IMG/VR virus record: IMGVR_UViG_3300008111_001458
Length of the DNA stretch: 41,951 nucleotides
Source of the DNA: a virus
Taxonomy: Duplodnaviria; Heunggongvirae; Uroviricota; Caudoviricetes
Reading direction: 5' to 3' (one strand)
The notes under the pieces were generated by a model, which ran no database searches, was not told the DNA's origin, and saw nothing but the letters and a program-made list of their open reading frames with translations. Shown here piece by piece: positions 15,308-23,193 of the stretch. Within the stretch, counting starts at the first letter, position 1. The number at the start of each line of letters is the position of its first letter. The translations under genes and the position numbers were made by a program.

Positions 15308-16081
15308 TTATTCACAAGTAGCCCAAACGGTATTAGTCCACTTTTTATAAAGATATGAACCTTTAGGAACCCAACAATTTCCAAGTTCTGGGTCACGCTC
15401 GATTCTTCCTTGTATGATTACCAAGAACATATAAGAAACTAAAAATATACAGGTTAAGATAGATATACCAATAACTGCTTGATGTGTCATTTTATCTTTC
15501 CTGGCTTTTTTTCTGCGCTGCTCTATTTCGTATCTGCGCATTTGATTGGTAATAGCAACTCTTTGTTCCTTTCCAACCGTTTGCATCATTTCTTCAACAT
15601 CACTCCACAATGCACCTAATTCTGGAGGAGACTGATACACCATGATTTCTCGAAGTTCAGAAGACATGTGTTCCAATTGTTTTTTCATTAGAACACGTTG
15701 TAGAGCACGTTTACCAAGACTATCTTCGCCAGTATAAACTTCTGTTTTGTTACGGCGTTCTTCTTCTTCAAATATTGCTAGACATTTGTAATAGTTGTCA
15801 AAATAGGCCCCTAGATGTTGACCAATTTCTTGATAGATATTAGTCGTTTCTCCACCTTTTTTGTTTAATTCAACTACTCGATTACGCTCGGTTACATATT
15901 GATTTCTTTCTGCAACTGTAGGCGTACGATCTTTGTATCTGTTATGGAATTGGTCATCCAGATCCTTGAGCACGTCTTTAACGTCGCCCGCGGCACCCTT
16001 TATATCTTTATAGAGTTTACACCCTTCTTTTACTAGCTTAACTGCTCCGTTAGCTAGTGCAAATAGCGTTACTGGATCCAT
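15308..16081 (-). CDS. Hypothetical protein with C-terminal TM segment
   Basis: 257-aa ORF, AGGAG RBS, ATAAATA box (complement of 16111-16117). Confidence 0.8.
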   Translation of the reverse strand: MDPVTLFALANGAVKLVKEGCKLYKDIKGAAGDVKDVLKDLDDQFHNRYKDRTPTVAERNQYVTERNRVVELNKKGGETTNIYQEIGQHLGAYFDNYYKCLAIFEEEERRNKTEVYTGEDSLGKRALQRVLMKKQLEHMSSELREIMVYQSPPELGALWSDVEEMMQTVGKEQRVAITNQMRRYEIEQRRKKARKDKMTHQAVIGISILTCIFLVSYMFLVIIQGRIERDPELGNCWVPKGSYLYKKWTNTVWATCE

Positions 16082-16118
16082 TCATTAGTTCGCTCCTAAT
16101 GGTTCAATGCTATTTATT

Positions 16119-16200
16119 GCCCCTGTGGCCAAATTGGTAAAGGCAGCTCTCTCAAAAGGAGTGTTAGATGTTCCCGGTTCGAGTCCGGGCAGGGGTACCA
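16119..16200 (+). tRNA. tRNA-Leu(CAA)
   Basis: ctCAAaa loop, A73, CCA; 10-nt variable region. Confidence 0.9.
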
Positions 16201-16207
16201 ATTTTCC

Positions 16208-16236
16208 TTGCATTTTAAGTGGGTTTATAATATAAT
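16208..16236 (+). promoter_or_regulatory. Sigma70-type promoter
   Basis: TTGCAT(16208-16213)-17-TATAAT(16231-16236). Confidence 0.7.
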
Positions 16237-16252
16237 ATATAAAGGATAAATT

Positions 16253-16819
16253 ATGACACCGTGGATTCAAAATGTATCGCTAGCCGATGTTCGTAACGGA
16301 TTTCATATAGATGCGGGCGTAAATTCTATGTTGATTCAAATTGTGGATCCGGATATGGAATTCCCCCAGCCAAAATATCAATTTCGCGAGAAACATCAAT
16401 TTAAGTTTTTAGATGTTGAAGAAAAAGATCAAGTATTAGACGAGTCTATGCGTTGCAGCCAGAAACAGGCCAGCGAACTGGTCGGACTCTTACAACATGC
16501 TCTTGAAAATAAGATGAATGTTGTAGTGCATTGCCATGCAGGTGTTTGTCGTTCTGGTGCAGTAGCAGAAGTTGGTGTTATGTTGGGCTTCCGTGATGCA
16601 GAAGCATTTCGTAGTCCAAACTTGCTAGTCAAGCACCGTATGATGAAATGTTTAGGTTGGACCTATGATGAAAATGAACCCCATACTATCAATGGTGTGA
16701 CTTTATCTAGCGGAATTATAATTCCCACCAAAACAGTAGATTGGACTAACGATAATGAAAAAGTCTTTATGTTAGCGGCAGAACGTCGTGAACGTAGAGA
16801 GCGTGAAGGAGATATTTGA
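16253..16819 (+). CDS. Cys-based (CX5R) phosphatase-like protein
   Basis: VVVHCHAGVCRSG P-loop motif. Confidence 0.75.
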   Translation: MTPWIQNVSLADVRNGFHIDAGVNSMLIQIVDPDMEFPQPKYQFREKHQFKFLDVEEKDQVLDESMRCSQKQASELVGLLQHALENKMNVVVHCHAGVCRSGAVAEVGVMLGFRDAEAFRSPNLLVKHRMMKCLGWTYDENEPHTINGVTLSSGIIIPTKTVDWTNDNEKVFMLAAERRERREREGDI

Positions 16820-17010
16820 TGTATCTACATAAAGAAGATTTAAAACTAATCAGTGAAATTTTAGCAGAGTTTCCAGAGGTGGAAACTTTTAAATTAGAAA
16901 GTGATAGTTCCAGTGGCATTGGATCTATTCTAAAGTTAATTGTAACAACAAAGGTTATGGGCAGAGATGCTGATATCACTTTTGACATTTCTGGCGTAGA
17001 AAATTGGTAA
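16816..17010 (+). CDS. Hypothetical protein (64 aa)
   Basis: GGAG RBS, overlaps upstream stop. Confidence 0.7.
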   Translation: MMYLHKEDLKLISEILAEFPEVETFKLESDSSSGIGSILKLIVTTKVMGRDADITFDISGVENW

Positions 17011-17025
17011 AAAAAGGAGGGCACT

Positions 17026-17631
17026 ATGCCTAGCGTATTTTTAGTTAGCGACACGCACTTTGGCCACGCTGGCGTGTGCCGATTTTTGCGTGATGATGGA
17101 ACTAAGTTAAGGCCGTGGGATGATCCAGATGAAATGGATGAAGCAATGATCGAGGCTTGGAACGAAAGAGTCAAGCCTACTGACAAGGTCTATCACTTAG
17201 GTGACGTTGTTATTAATCGCAAAGCATTAAAAACTTTAAGTAGATTAAATGGCGACAAAGTATTAATTCGTGGTAATCACGACATTTTTCGTGATACAGA
17301 ATATAACGAGTACTTCCGTGAGCTTCGTGCGTATCATATTATGAACGGAATGATCTTAAGTCATATTCCAGTCCACGAAGCAAGTTTAGGTCGCTTTGGT
17401 GTTAACATCCATGGTCACTTACACTCTAACAGAGTTAAGAAAGCACGTGGTGTAGATGCTAGAACCGGTGCTGTATTATACGGAGATGAGATTGATGTTA
17501 GATATCATTGCGTATGCGTAGAACAAATCCCAGACTTTGCTCCAATCTTGTTTGAAGATGTTATCAAACGTATTGAAGCAGAAGGCGGATCGGTTGGTTT
17601 TAAAAATGGCAACGGACCAATAGTTGATTAA
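17026..17631 (+). CDS. Calcineurin-like metallophosphoesterase
   Basis: SDTHFGH, LGDV, GNHD, HGHLH motifs. Confidence 0.9.
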   Translation: MPSVFLVSDTHFGHAGVCRFLRDDGTKLRPWDDPDEMDEAMIEAWNERVKPTDKVYHLGDVVINRKALKTLSRLNGDKVLIRGNHDIFRDTEYNEYFRELRAYHIMNGMILSHIPVHEASLGRFGVNIHGHLHSNRVKKARGVDARTGAVLYGDEIDVRYHCVCVEQIPDFAPILFEDVIKRIEAEGGSVGFKNGNGPIVD

Positions 17632-17638
17632 CTACATT

Positions 17639-17665
17639 TAGGGCACTTTGGTGCCCTATTTTTTT
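17639..17665 (+). terminator. Intrinsic terminator
   Basis: TAGGGCAC-TTTG-GTGCCCTA followed by T7. Confidence 0.85.
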
Positions 17666-17697
17666 GACTTTTATAATTAAGAATATATAATTTACAT

Positions 17698-17808
17698 GTG
17701 GTCGTGAGTGGAATATGGCAGACCTCCGGTCCGTTGCGAAACGCACTTGGGAATGGGGCGCCGACTTAGTCACAGCCTTTGTAGGTTCGAATCCTACCGA
17801 CCACACCA
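17698..17808 (+). ncRNA. tRNA-like RNA lacking a canonical anticodon loop
   Basis: GTGGTCG/CGACCAC acceptor, ACCA end, GTAGG-TTCGAAT-CCTAC T-arm, expanded central region; promoter TTGACT(17664)-16-TATAAT(17686). Confidence 0.7.
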
Positions 17809-17865
17809 GATTTTTACGCTATAGACTAGGTTGCCTATAAGTAAAAGACAAATAAAGGAGACTAT

Positions 17866-18060
17866 ATGTCAAACACAGTAGAACAAATTAAATCAGCAAT
17901 GGAAGCATTTTTGGCAGAAGATGCAAAATTTACCAGCGGCAATGGTGCAGCTGGAACTCGTGCTCGTAAAGCATTAGCTGAAATGAGCAAACTAATCAAA
18001 GCTCGCCGCAATGAAATTACAGAAGAAAAGAACGCTCGTAAAGAAGCCAAGGCAGCTTAA
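17866..18060 (+). CDS. Histone H1-like (Hc1-type) small basic protein
   Basis: GNGAAGTRARKAL motif typical of bacterial Hc1-like proteins; AAGGAG RBS. Confidence 0.7.
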   Translation: MSNTVEQIKSAMEAFLAEDAKFTSGNGAAGTRARKALAEMSKLIKARRNEITEEKNARKEAKAA

Positions 18061-18061
18061 T

Positions 18062-18562
18062 ATGAACAGTAAGGATCTACCAGCTATATCATTAGATGAT
18101 ATAATTTTAGATCTTGATAAAATCGACGTCGGCGGAGATACCATGCATGTTACTGGTGGCGGGGGCGTCGATTATATCACAATAGATCCCCTTCCTATAG
18201 AATCAATTGATTTGTCCGGTCTTAATAATTTTTCTAGTTCAGTAACTATTCCCACAACAAATTATAGTCCATATAACTGGACAACTACATCGTCTGGTAC
18301 TTATACAGTGTCTAATACCTGGACTAGTAGTCCATCGACAGTAACTATAGGAACCAATGGAATCGATATGGCTCCAGGTACTGATATTAAAGTAGATGGA
18401 AAAAGCCTAAAGGCTTTCATGGATAAAATGGAAGAACGATTGGCTATTTTGGTTCCGGATCCAAAAAAATTAGAAAAATTTGAAGCACTCAAAAAAGCAT
18501 ATGAACATTACAAGACTATGGAAAGTTTATGCTTTGATGAAGAGAAAGAAGAAAATAAATGA
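18062..18562 (+). CDS. Hypothetical protein, Thr/Ser-rich
   Basis: ATG at 18062 directly after the upstream stop. Confidence 0.7.
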   Translation: MNSKDLPAISLDDIILDLDKIDVGGDTMHVTGGGGVDYITIDPLPIESIDLSGLNNFSSSVTIPTTNYSPYNWTTTSSGTYTVSNTWTSSPSTVTIGTNGIDMAPGTDIKVDGKSLKAFMDKMEERLAILVPDPKKLEKFEALKKAYEHYKTMESLCFDEEKEENK

Positions 18563-19245
18563 ATGTTAAACTCGTATCCTACTCACAACCAACAGCAGAA
18601 TTTGCCAACATGGGAATCGGAGATGCACAAGAACTCATTGCGTATTGCGCCCGTGTCAGCAACCCAAACAACCAATTCAATACAGAGACATCAGAGAAGC
18701 TTATTCGATATCTTGTTAAACACGCACACTGGAGTCCCTTGGAAATGGTTTCAGCCTGTGTTGAAATCACAACCACAAGAGACATTGCAAGACAAATTCT
18801 ACGACACAGAAGCTTTTCCTTCCAAGAGTTTAGTCAACGATACGCTGACCCTACAAAAGATCTTAACTTCATCACTAGAGAAGCACGGTTGCAGGACACC
18901 AGAAACAGACAAAATTCTGTTGAATTGGACATGGCAGACCCTGAGCAGAGAGAGCTTGCACGTCTATGGGAAGAAAAACAACAGGCTGTCATTAGAGCCT
19001 CTAAGGAAGCCTACACTTGGGCTGTCTCGAACGGCCTAGCCAAAGAACAAGCTCGTGCTGTACTGCCAGAAGGTAACATTGAAAGTAAACTTTACATGAA
19101 TGGCACGTTACGGTCTTGGGTACATTTTATTGAATTACGATCAGCCAACGGCACACAGAAAGAACATCAATTAGTGGCTCTGGCCTGTGCTAAAGCAATT
19201 GCTGCGATCTTCCCGATGACTGAGAGTCTAATCCAAAATGGATAA
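18559..19245 (+). CDS. thyX: Flavin-dependent thymidylate synthase
   Basis: RHRSFSFQEFSQRY ThyX signature, HWSPLE. Confidence 0.95.
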   Translation: MNVKLVSYSQPTAEFANMGIGDAQELIAYCARVSNPNNQFNTETSEKLIRYLVKHAHWSPLEMVSACVEITTTRDIARQILRHRSFSFQEFSQRYADPTKDLNFITREARLQDTRNRQNSVELDMADPEQRELARLWEEKQQAVIRASKEAYTWAVSNGLAKEQARAVLPEGNIESKLYMNGTLRSWVHFIELRSANGTQKEHQLVALACAKAIAAIFPMTESLIQNG

Positions 19246-19621
19246 AGAAGTCACAGAGTTTTGTGAAAACTACGAGGTGCGTGTCCTAAACGATTCTAAA
19301 CGCAGGGCACGATACCATCCTCCAAAGTTTTTTACAGACCCAGAACGTGCTGATATTATTCGCAACGATGTTGTTGAATATGAAACAGAGCGTGTAATTA
19401 CTATGGAAATTCCAGAAGGCAGATTACGTACTCTAATAGAATTAGAAAAGCGTTTCTTCAAATGGCAACGACACAGCAAAGGCGAAATTGATATGTTTCA
19501 AACTCTAATGGACAAAGAAAGAGAAGAAGCAAATTATCGAAATATCAATCCTGCGGTAAAAAAAGCCTATGAGCAGTATTCAATTATGCTTAACTTGGCA
19601 GGATACCAAAGAAAATTTTGA
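19238..19621 (+). CDS. Hypothetical protein
   Basis: 127-aa ORF coupled to thyX. Confidence 0.8.
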   Translation: MDKEVTEFCENYEVRVLNDSKRRARYHPPKFFTDPERADIIRNDVVEYETERVITMEIPEGRLRTLIELEKRFFKWQRHSKGEIDMFQTLMDKEREEANYRNINPAVKKAYEQYSIMLNLAGYQRKF

Positions 19622-19638
19622 TTCATTTTTTTGCCATA

Positions 19639-19667
19639 TTGACAGGTTTTTAAAAAGATCATATAAT
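19639..19667 (+). promoter_or_regulatory. Sigma70 consensus promoter
   Basis: TTGACA(19639-19644)-17-TATAAT(19662-19667). Confidence 0.85.
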
Positions 19668-19705
19668 TAAAGTGTTCGACTACTAAGTCTGAAAAGGAAT
19701 TATAT

Positions 19706-20521
19706 ATGAGAAATTATTGGACCTGTTCCCCATTTGCTGATTGGATCCGTGGCACCACTAAGTTAAAGTGCGGCACAGGAAAAGAATGGCGCGAATGGGA
19801 AGAGGCTGCTAAAGCCAAGTATCCAATCCGTTGGTGGATTGCTGAGGAAGGTTTAGATCGCATTCAAGATGTTTGGTGTTGGATTCCAGAAAGGATCAAT
19901 GATGTACGCTACTATATCAACAATCGCTGGGTTACTAAAGCCCACGCTCTTACTGCTCACCCAAGCGACATTCCTCGCGGCGAGTGGCGTGATGTTGGCA
20001 ACCGTTTTCTTCCATGTCTTTTTAATGAGCTTGTTGACTTTGTTGAAATAGAACAGGCATGGCATCATTGCGTTTGGAGTGATGAGGATAAGAAAAAATA
20101 CGATTATCCATGGTGGCGTCGTTGGTATCGTAACTGGCGTTGCCCCGAAGCAGGCATTGCTTATCTAGAATGGGCAATGACTCTAACCAACGAAGAATTT
20201 TTAGACGAAGATCAAAAGCATCTAGCAGAGCCTACCTATCAGGCCAAAGCTGCTAAAGAAATACTAGAACTATATACTTGGTGGAAGGAAATCTATCCAA
20301 AGCGTCCAGATGTTTATGATGCCAGCGGATGGAGTGCTTACTGTGACATGCGTCGCGAAAAAGGGTATCATCTTCTTGATATGGAAGATAAAAACAAGGA
20401 AGAAGCAGAAATGTGTAAAATTGCCCTGGCTAAGAGTCAAGAGATTGAAAAAGCCTACAATGATGAAGATGAAGCAATGATGATTCGTTTGATTAAAGTA
20501 AGAGAAAGCTTATGGACCTAA
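19706..20521 (+). CDS. Hypothetical protein, Trp-rich
   Basis: 271-aa ORF with AAGGA RBS. Confidence 0.85.
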   Translation: MRNYWTCSPFADWIRGTTKLKCGTGKEWREWEEAAKAKYPIRWWIAEEGLDRIQDVWCWIPERINDVRYYINNRWVTKAHALTAHPSDIPRGEWRDVGNRFLPCLFNELVDFVEIEQAWHHCVWSDEDKKKYDYPWWRRWYRNWRCPEAGIAYLEWAMTLTNEEFLDEDQKHLAEPTYQAKAAKEILELYTWWKEIYPKRPDVYDASGWSAYCDMRREKGYHLLDMEDKNKEEAEMCKIALAKSQEIEKAYNDEDEAMMIRLIKVRESLWT

Positions 20522-20772
20522 TGAAAACTGTTGATTCAGAACGAGAACAAAAACTAATTCAGTTGTATAAATCCTTTTTAGATTTAACGGATAAATCTTT
20601 AGGTGAAGGATATTCTGGTTTAGAAGTTGCACCTATCTTAATTAAGTTAGGTTTAGAGATATATAAAACTAGTTTGTCAGAACAAGACTTTGAAAAAATT
20701 TGTTCTTTTATATACGACAGTAGAGATCAAATTAATAAATTTAATATCAAGGACGAAGGAATTTTACATTAA
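20512..20772 (+). CDS. Hypothetical protein
   Basis: Overlaps neighbours in operon. Confidence 0.65.
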   Translation: MDLMKTVDSEREQKLIQLYKSFLDLTDKSLGEGYSGLEVAPILIKLGLEIYKTSLSEQDFEKICSFIYDSRDQINKFNIKDEGILH

Positions 20773-21161
20773 TGAAATTACAGACACCAGCAGAAGGTAT
20801 TCTTAAAAAGAATGATTGGGGTGATACTAAAATGTATCACGTTGTCTGTGACTGTGGTTCAGACGATCACACTCATAATCTTTGGGTAGAAGCAGAGGAT
20901 ATTGGTATCAGTGTAACTATCTATGCTACTGTAAAATCGCCTTGGTGGTCTACAAATCGTTTCAAACAGATTTGGACTCTCTTAACTAAGGGCTATCTTG
21001 AACACGAAACTGTATTAACAATGAATGAACAAACTGCATTAAATTATGCAGAAACTTTAAAGTCTGCTATAGTTGATACAACAAATTTTCGCAATCAACG
21101 ATTGTCTAAAAAAGAAAACAAAAAAGTTTTAAAAGAAGCAAATGAGCAAGACTGTGTCTAA
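20772..21161 (+). CDS. Hypothetical protein
   Basis: TAATG coupling; CDC...H motif. Confidence 0.8.
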   Translation: MKLQTPAEGILKKNDWGDTKMYHVVCDCGSDDHTHNLWVEAEDIGISVTIYATVKSPWWSTNRFKQIWTLLTKGYLEHETVLTMNEQTALNYAETLKSAIVDTTNFRNQRLSKKENKKVLKEANEQDCV

Positions 21162-21696
21162 AAGTCCCGATCGTTTTTCTTTCCAAAAGGAAGGATATGT
21201 TAAGCGTCAGGCAGAAAAGGGCGAATCAGTTAACGAAGATTATCTTGATTATTTTGAAAAAATAATCGACCATCACGATCATAAATTTGATGATCCCGCT
21301 AGCCACGTTAATAATATGGAATACGATCTAGTAACCACTGATTGGATTTTGGAAAAAGTTCGTGCCAGCGAAACTTATGCCCAAAATTTATATGCGTCAA
21401 TATGTAACAACGATTTTATAAAACTAGAAGTTGTTCCAATTCTTAGACAAGATCCAGACAAAGACTATTGGTCAGCTTCATGGAGATCAGCAGGTGGAAT
21501 TATTGCAGACATGCGACAGGAAGGTGACTACATCGATTGGTACTGCTCTGGTATTGGAGATGGATTAGGTAACGGCGATGCTGATGGAATTAAAGGATAT
21601 GTGCCAGAAGGCATGGTAACCGACGAGATCCGGAATGATCTCCAACGTCTTGGCTGGGCAGTGGTGCCTGGTGGAGATTGGGAAAAATTTGTTTAA
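21142..21696 (+). CDS. Hypothetical protein
   Basis: 184-aa ORF in operon. Confidence 0.8.
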   Translation: MSKTVSKSPDRFSFQKEGYVKRQAEKGESVNEDYLDYFEKIIDHHDHKFDDPASHVNNMEYDLVTTDWILEKVRASETYAQNLYASICNNDFIKLEVVPILRQDPDKDYWSASWRSAGGIIADMRQEGDYIDWYCSGIGDGLGNGDADGIKGYVPEGMVTDEIRNDLQRLGWAVVPGGDWEKFV

Positions 21697-21721
21697 CTTA
21701 ATAGGAGATTAATAATATATC

Positions 21722-21919
21722 ATGACCTGGGAATTCTACGAGGTCTGGGCCGAAGATGATGACGGTCACGAAGAATTGGTTGAAACTACCAAAAGCAGAA
21801 CTGAAGCACTTACTCTTGCCAAAAAAGCATTAGAAGAAGGTGAATATGCTTCTACCGTAATATATCAAGAAAATCCAGATGGTGATTTAATTACCATAGA
21901 GCGATTTTATGCAGATTGA
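21722..21919 (+). CDS. Acidic hypothetical protein
   Basis: AGGAG RBS. Confidence 0.75.
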   Translation: MTWEFYEVWAEDDDGHEELVETTKSRTEALTLAKKALEEGEYASTVIYQENPDGDLITIERFYAD

Positions 21920-21944
21920 CAAATCCAAAAAATGGTGCTATACT
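21916..21944 (+). promoter_or_regulatory. Sigma70 promoter with extended -10
   Basis: TTGACA(21916-21921)-17-TATACT(21939-21944) with TGn. Confidence 0.8.
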
Positions 21945-21977
21945 GTATTTGTTTTATAACACACACAGGAGATAATT

Positions 21978-23144
21978 GTGGCAACAACTAAAAGTAAATC
22001 CGTAGCTATTCGTGAAAATTCAAAACGTGATGTTAGTCCAAAATGGGATGGTCACGAAAGTTGGTCTGCTGAACAATTCAACAGACAGTTTCGTATCTCT
22101 ATGGAATACTATCGCTTAGAGCATTCTGGCAGGGAATTAAAACCAAAAATTATCAACTGGATGAGTCAAGCAGGATATAGCAAAGATCAGATTGCACAAT
22201 TTAAAAAGACCCGCGATAATCGTTGTAATGTCACTATGGGTGCTATTGCAGCCAACCTATTAAAAGGAATGCCGCCGGTTCGTGCAGACTTTAACGAGGG
22301 GCGCAACACTGCACAATGGTTAGGTGAAGCAATTCAAAAGATTGTTATTGAAGGTAAAAATGACGTTGAGGATGAAGAAATTGACGAAGCAAAACCTGTA
22401 ATTCCTCAAATTACAATCCAAGAACGTGTTCGAGAAGCTAGTTTTAAAATGACTGAAGAGATTGAAGATGCTCTAGAAAACTTTTCTCAAGATCCAGAAT
22501 CTTTTGATCCAAAAGCATTTAAGGTCATGAATTTGTTGCGAGGCAAAGACGCTAAAGCTGCACACGCTCGTATTATTAAAGATTTTTATCAACGTCAGTA
22601 TGACGAATATCTTGACTTACAAGAAGGTAAAGACGAACAACTTAAAGAAGGTTACAGTCATTTGACTAAAGCACAGGTCAAAAAAATTGTAGCATTTTAC
22701 CATGAAATTCTCAGTGCTTGCGATATGTTGGCACAAGAAGCCAAAATTAATCGTAAACCACGTAAAGCCAAAGTTGTTCCCAAGGATAAAATTGTTGCTA
22801 AACTTAAATTTAAAAAGACTGATGAGCCTTTGAAACTTGTAAGTATTAATCCTGCTGACATTATTGGTAGCAAGGAATTGTGGATTTTTAACACTAAAAC
22901 ACGTAAACTTGGCAAGTATGTTGCTAACGAATACATGGAGTTAAGTGTCAAAGGAACGTCAATTACAGGGTTTAACGAAAACACCAGCATTCAAAAAACT
23001 ATTCGCAAACCTGAAGAAAAACTCAAAGAGTTTAAGGCTGCTGGTAAAGTAGCATTGCGCAAGTTTTTAGATGATATTAATGCTACAGACACTAAAATGA
23101 ACGGACGCATTAATGAAGATGTGATTCTACTAAAAGTAGCATAA
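21978..23144 (+). CDS. Hypothetical protein (388 aa)
   Basis: AGGAG RBS, GTG start, long ORF. Confidence 0.85.
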   Translation: MATTKSKSVAIRENSKRDVSPKWDGHESWSAEQFNRQFRISMEYYRLEHSGRELKPKIINWMSQAGYSKDQIAQFKKTRDNRCNVTMGAIAANLLKGMPPVRADFNEGRNTAQWLGEAIQKIVIEGKNDVEDEEIDEAKPVIPQITIQERVREASFKMTEEIEDALENFSQDPESFDPKAFKVMNLLRGKDAKAAHARIIKDFYQRQYDEYLDLQEGKDEQLKEGYSHLTKAQVKKIVAFYHEILSACDMLAQEAKINRKPRKAKVVPKDKIVAKLKFKKTDEPLKLVSINPADIIGSKELWIFNTKTRKLGKYVANEYMELSVKGTSITGFNENTSIQKTIRKPEEKLKEFKAAGKVALRKFLDDINATDTKMNGRINEDVILLKVA

Positions 23145-23161
23145 TCAATGTAAATATAGGC

Positions 23162-23193
23162 GGATAAATACTCCAAATAAGGAGTGTTTATCC
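23162..23193 (+). promoter_or_regulatory. RBS-sequestering hairpin containing a late-type ATAAATA promoter
   Basis: GGATAAATACTCC/GGAGTGTTTATCC 13-bp stem (1 G-U) ending at the ATG. Confidence 0.75.
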
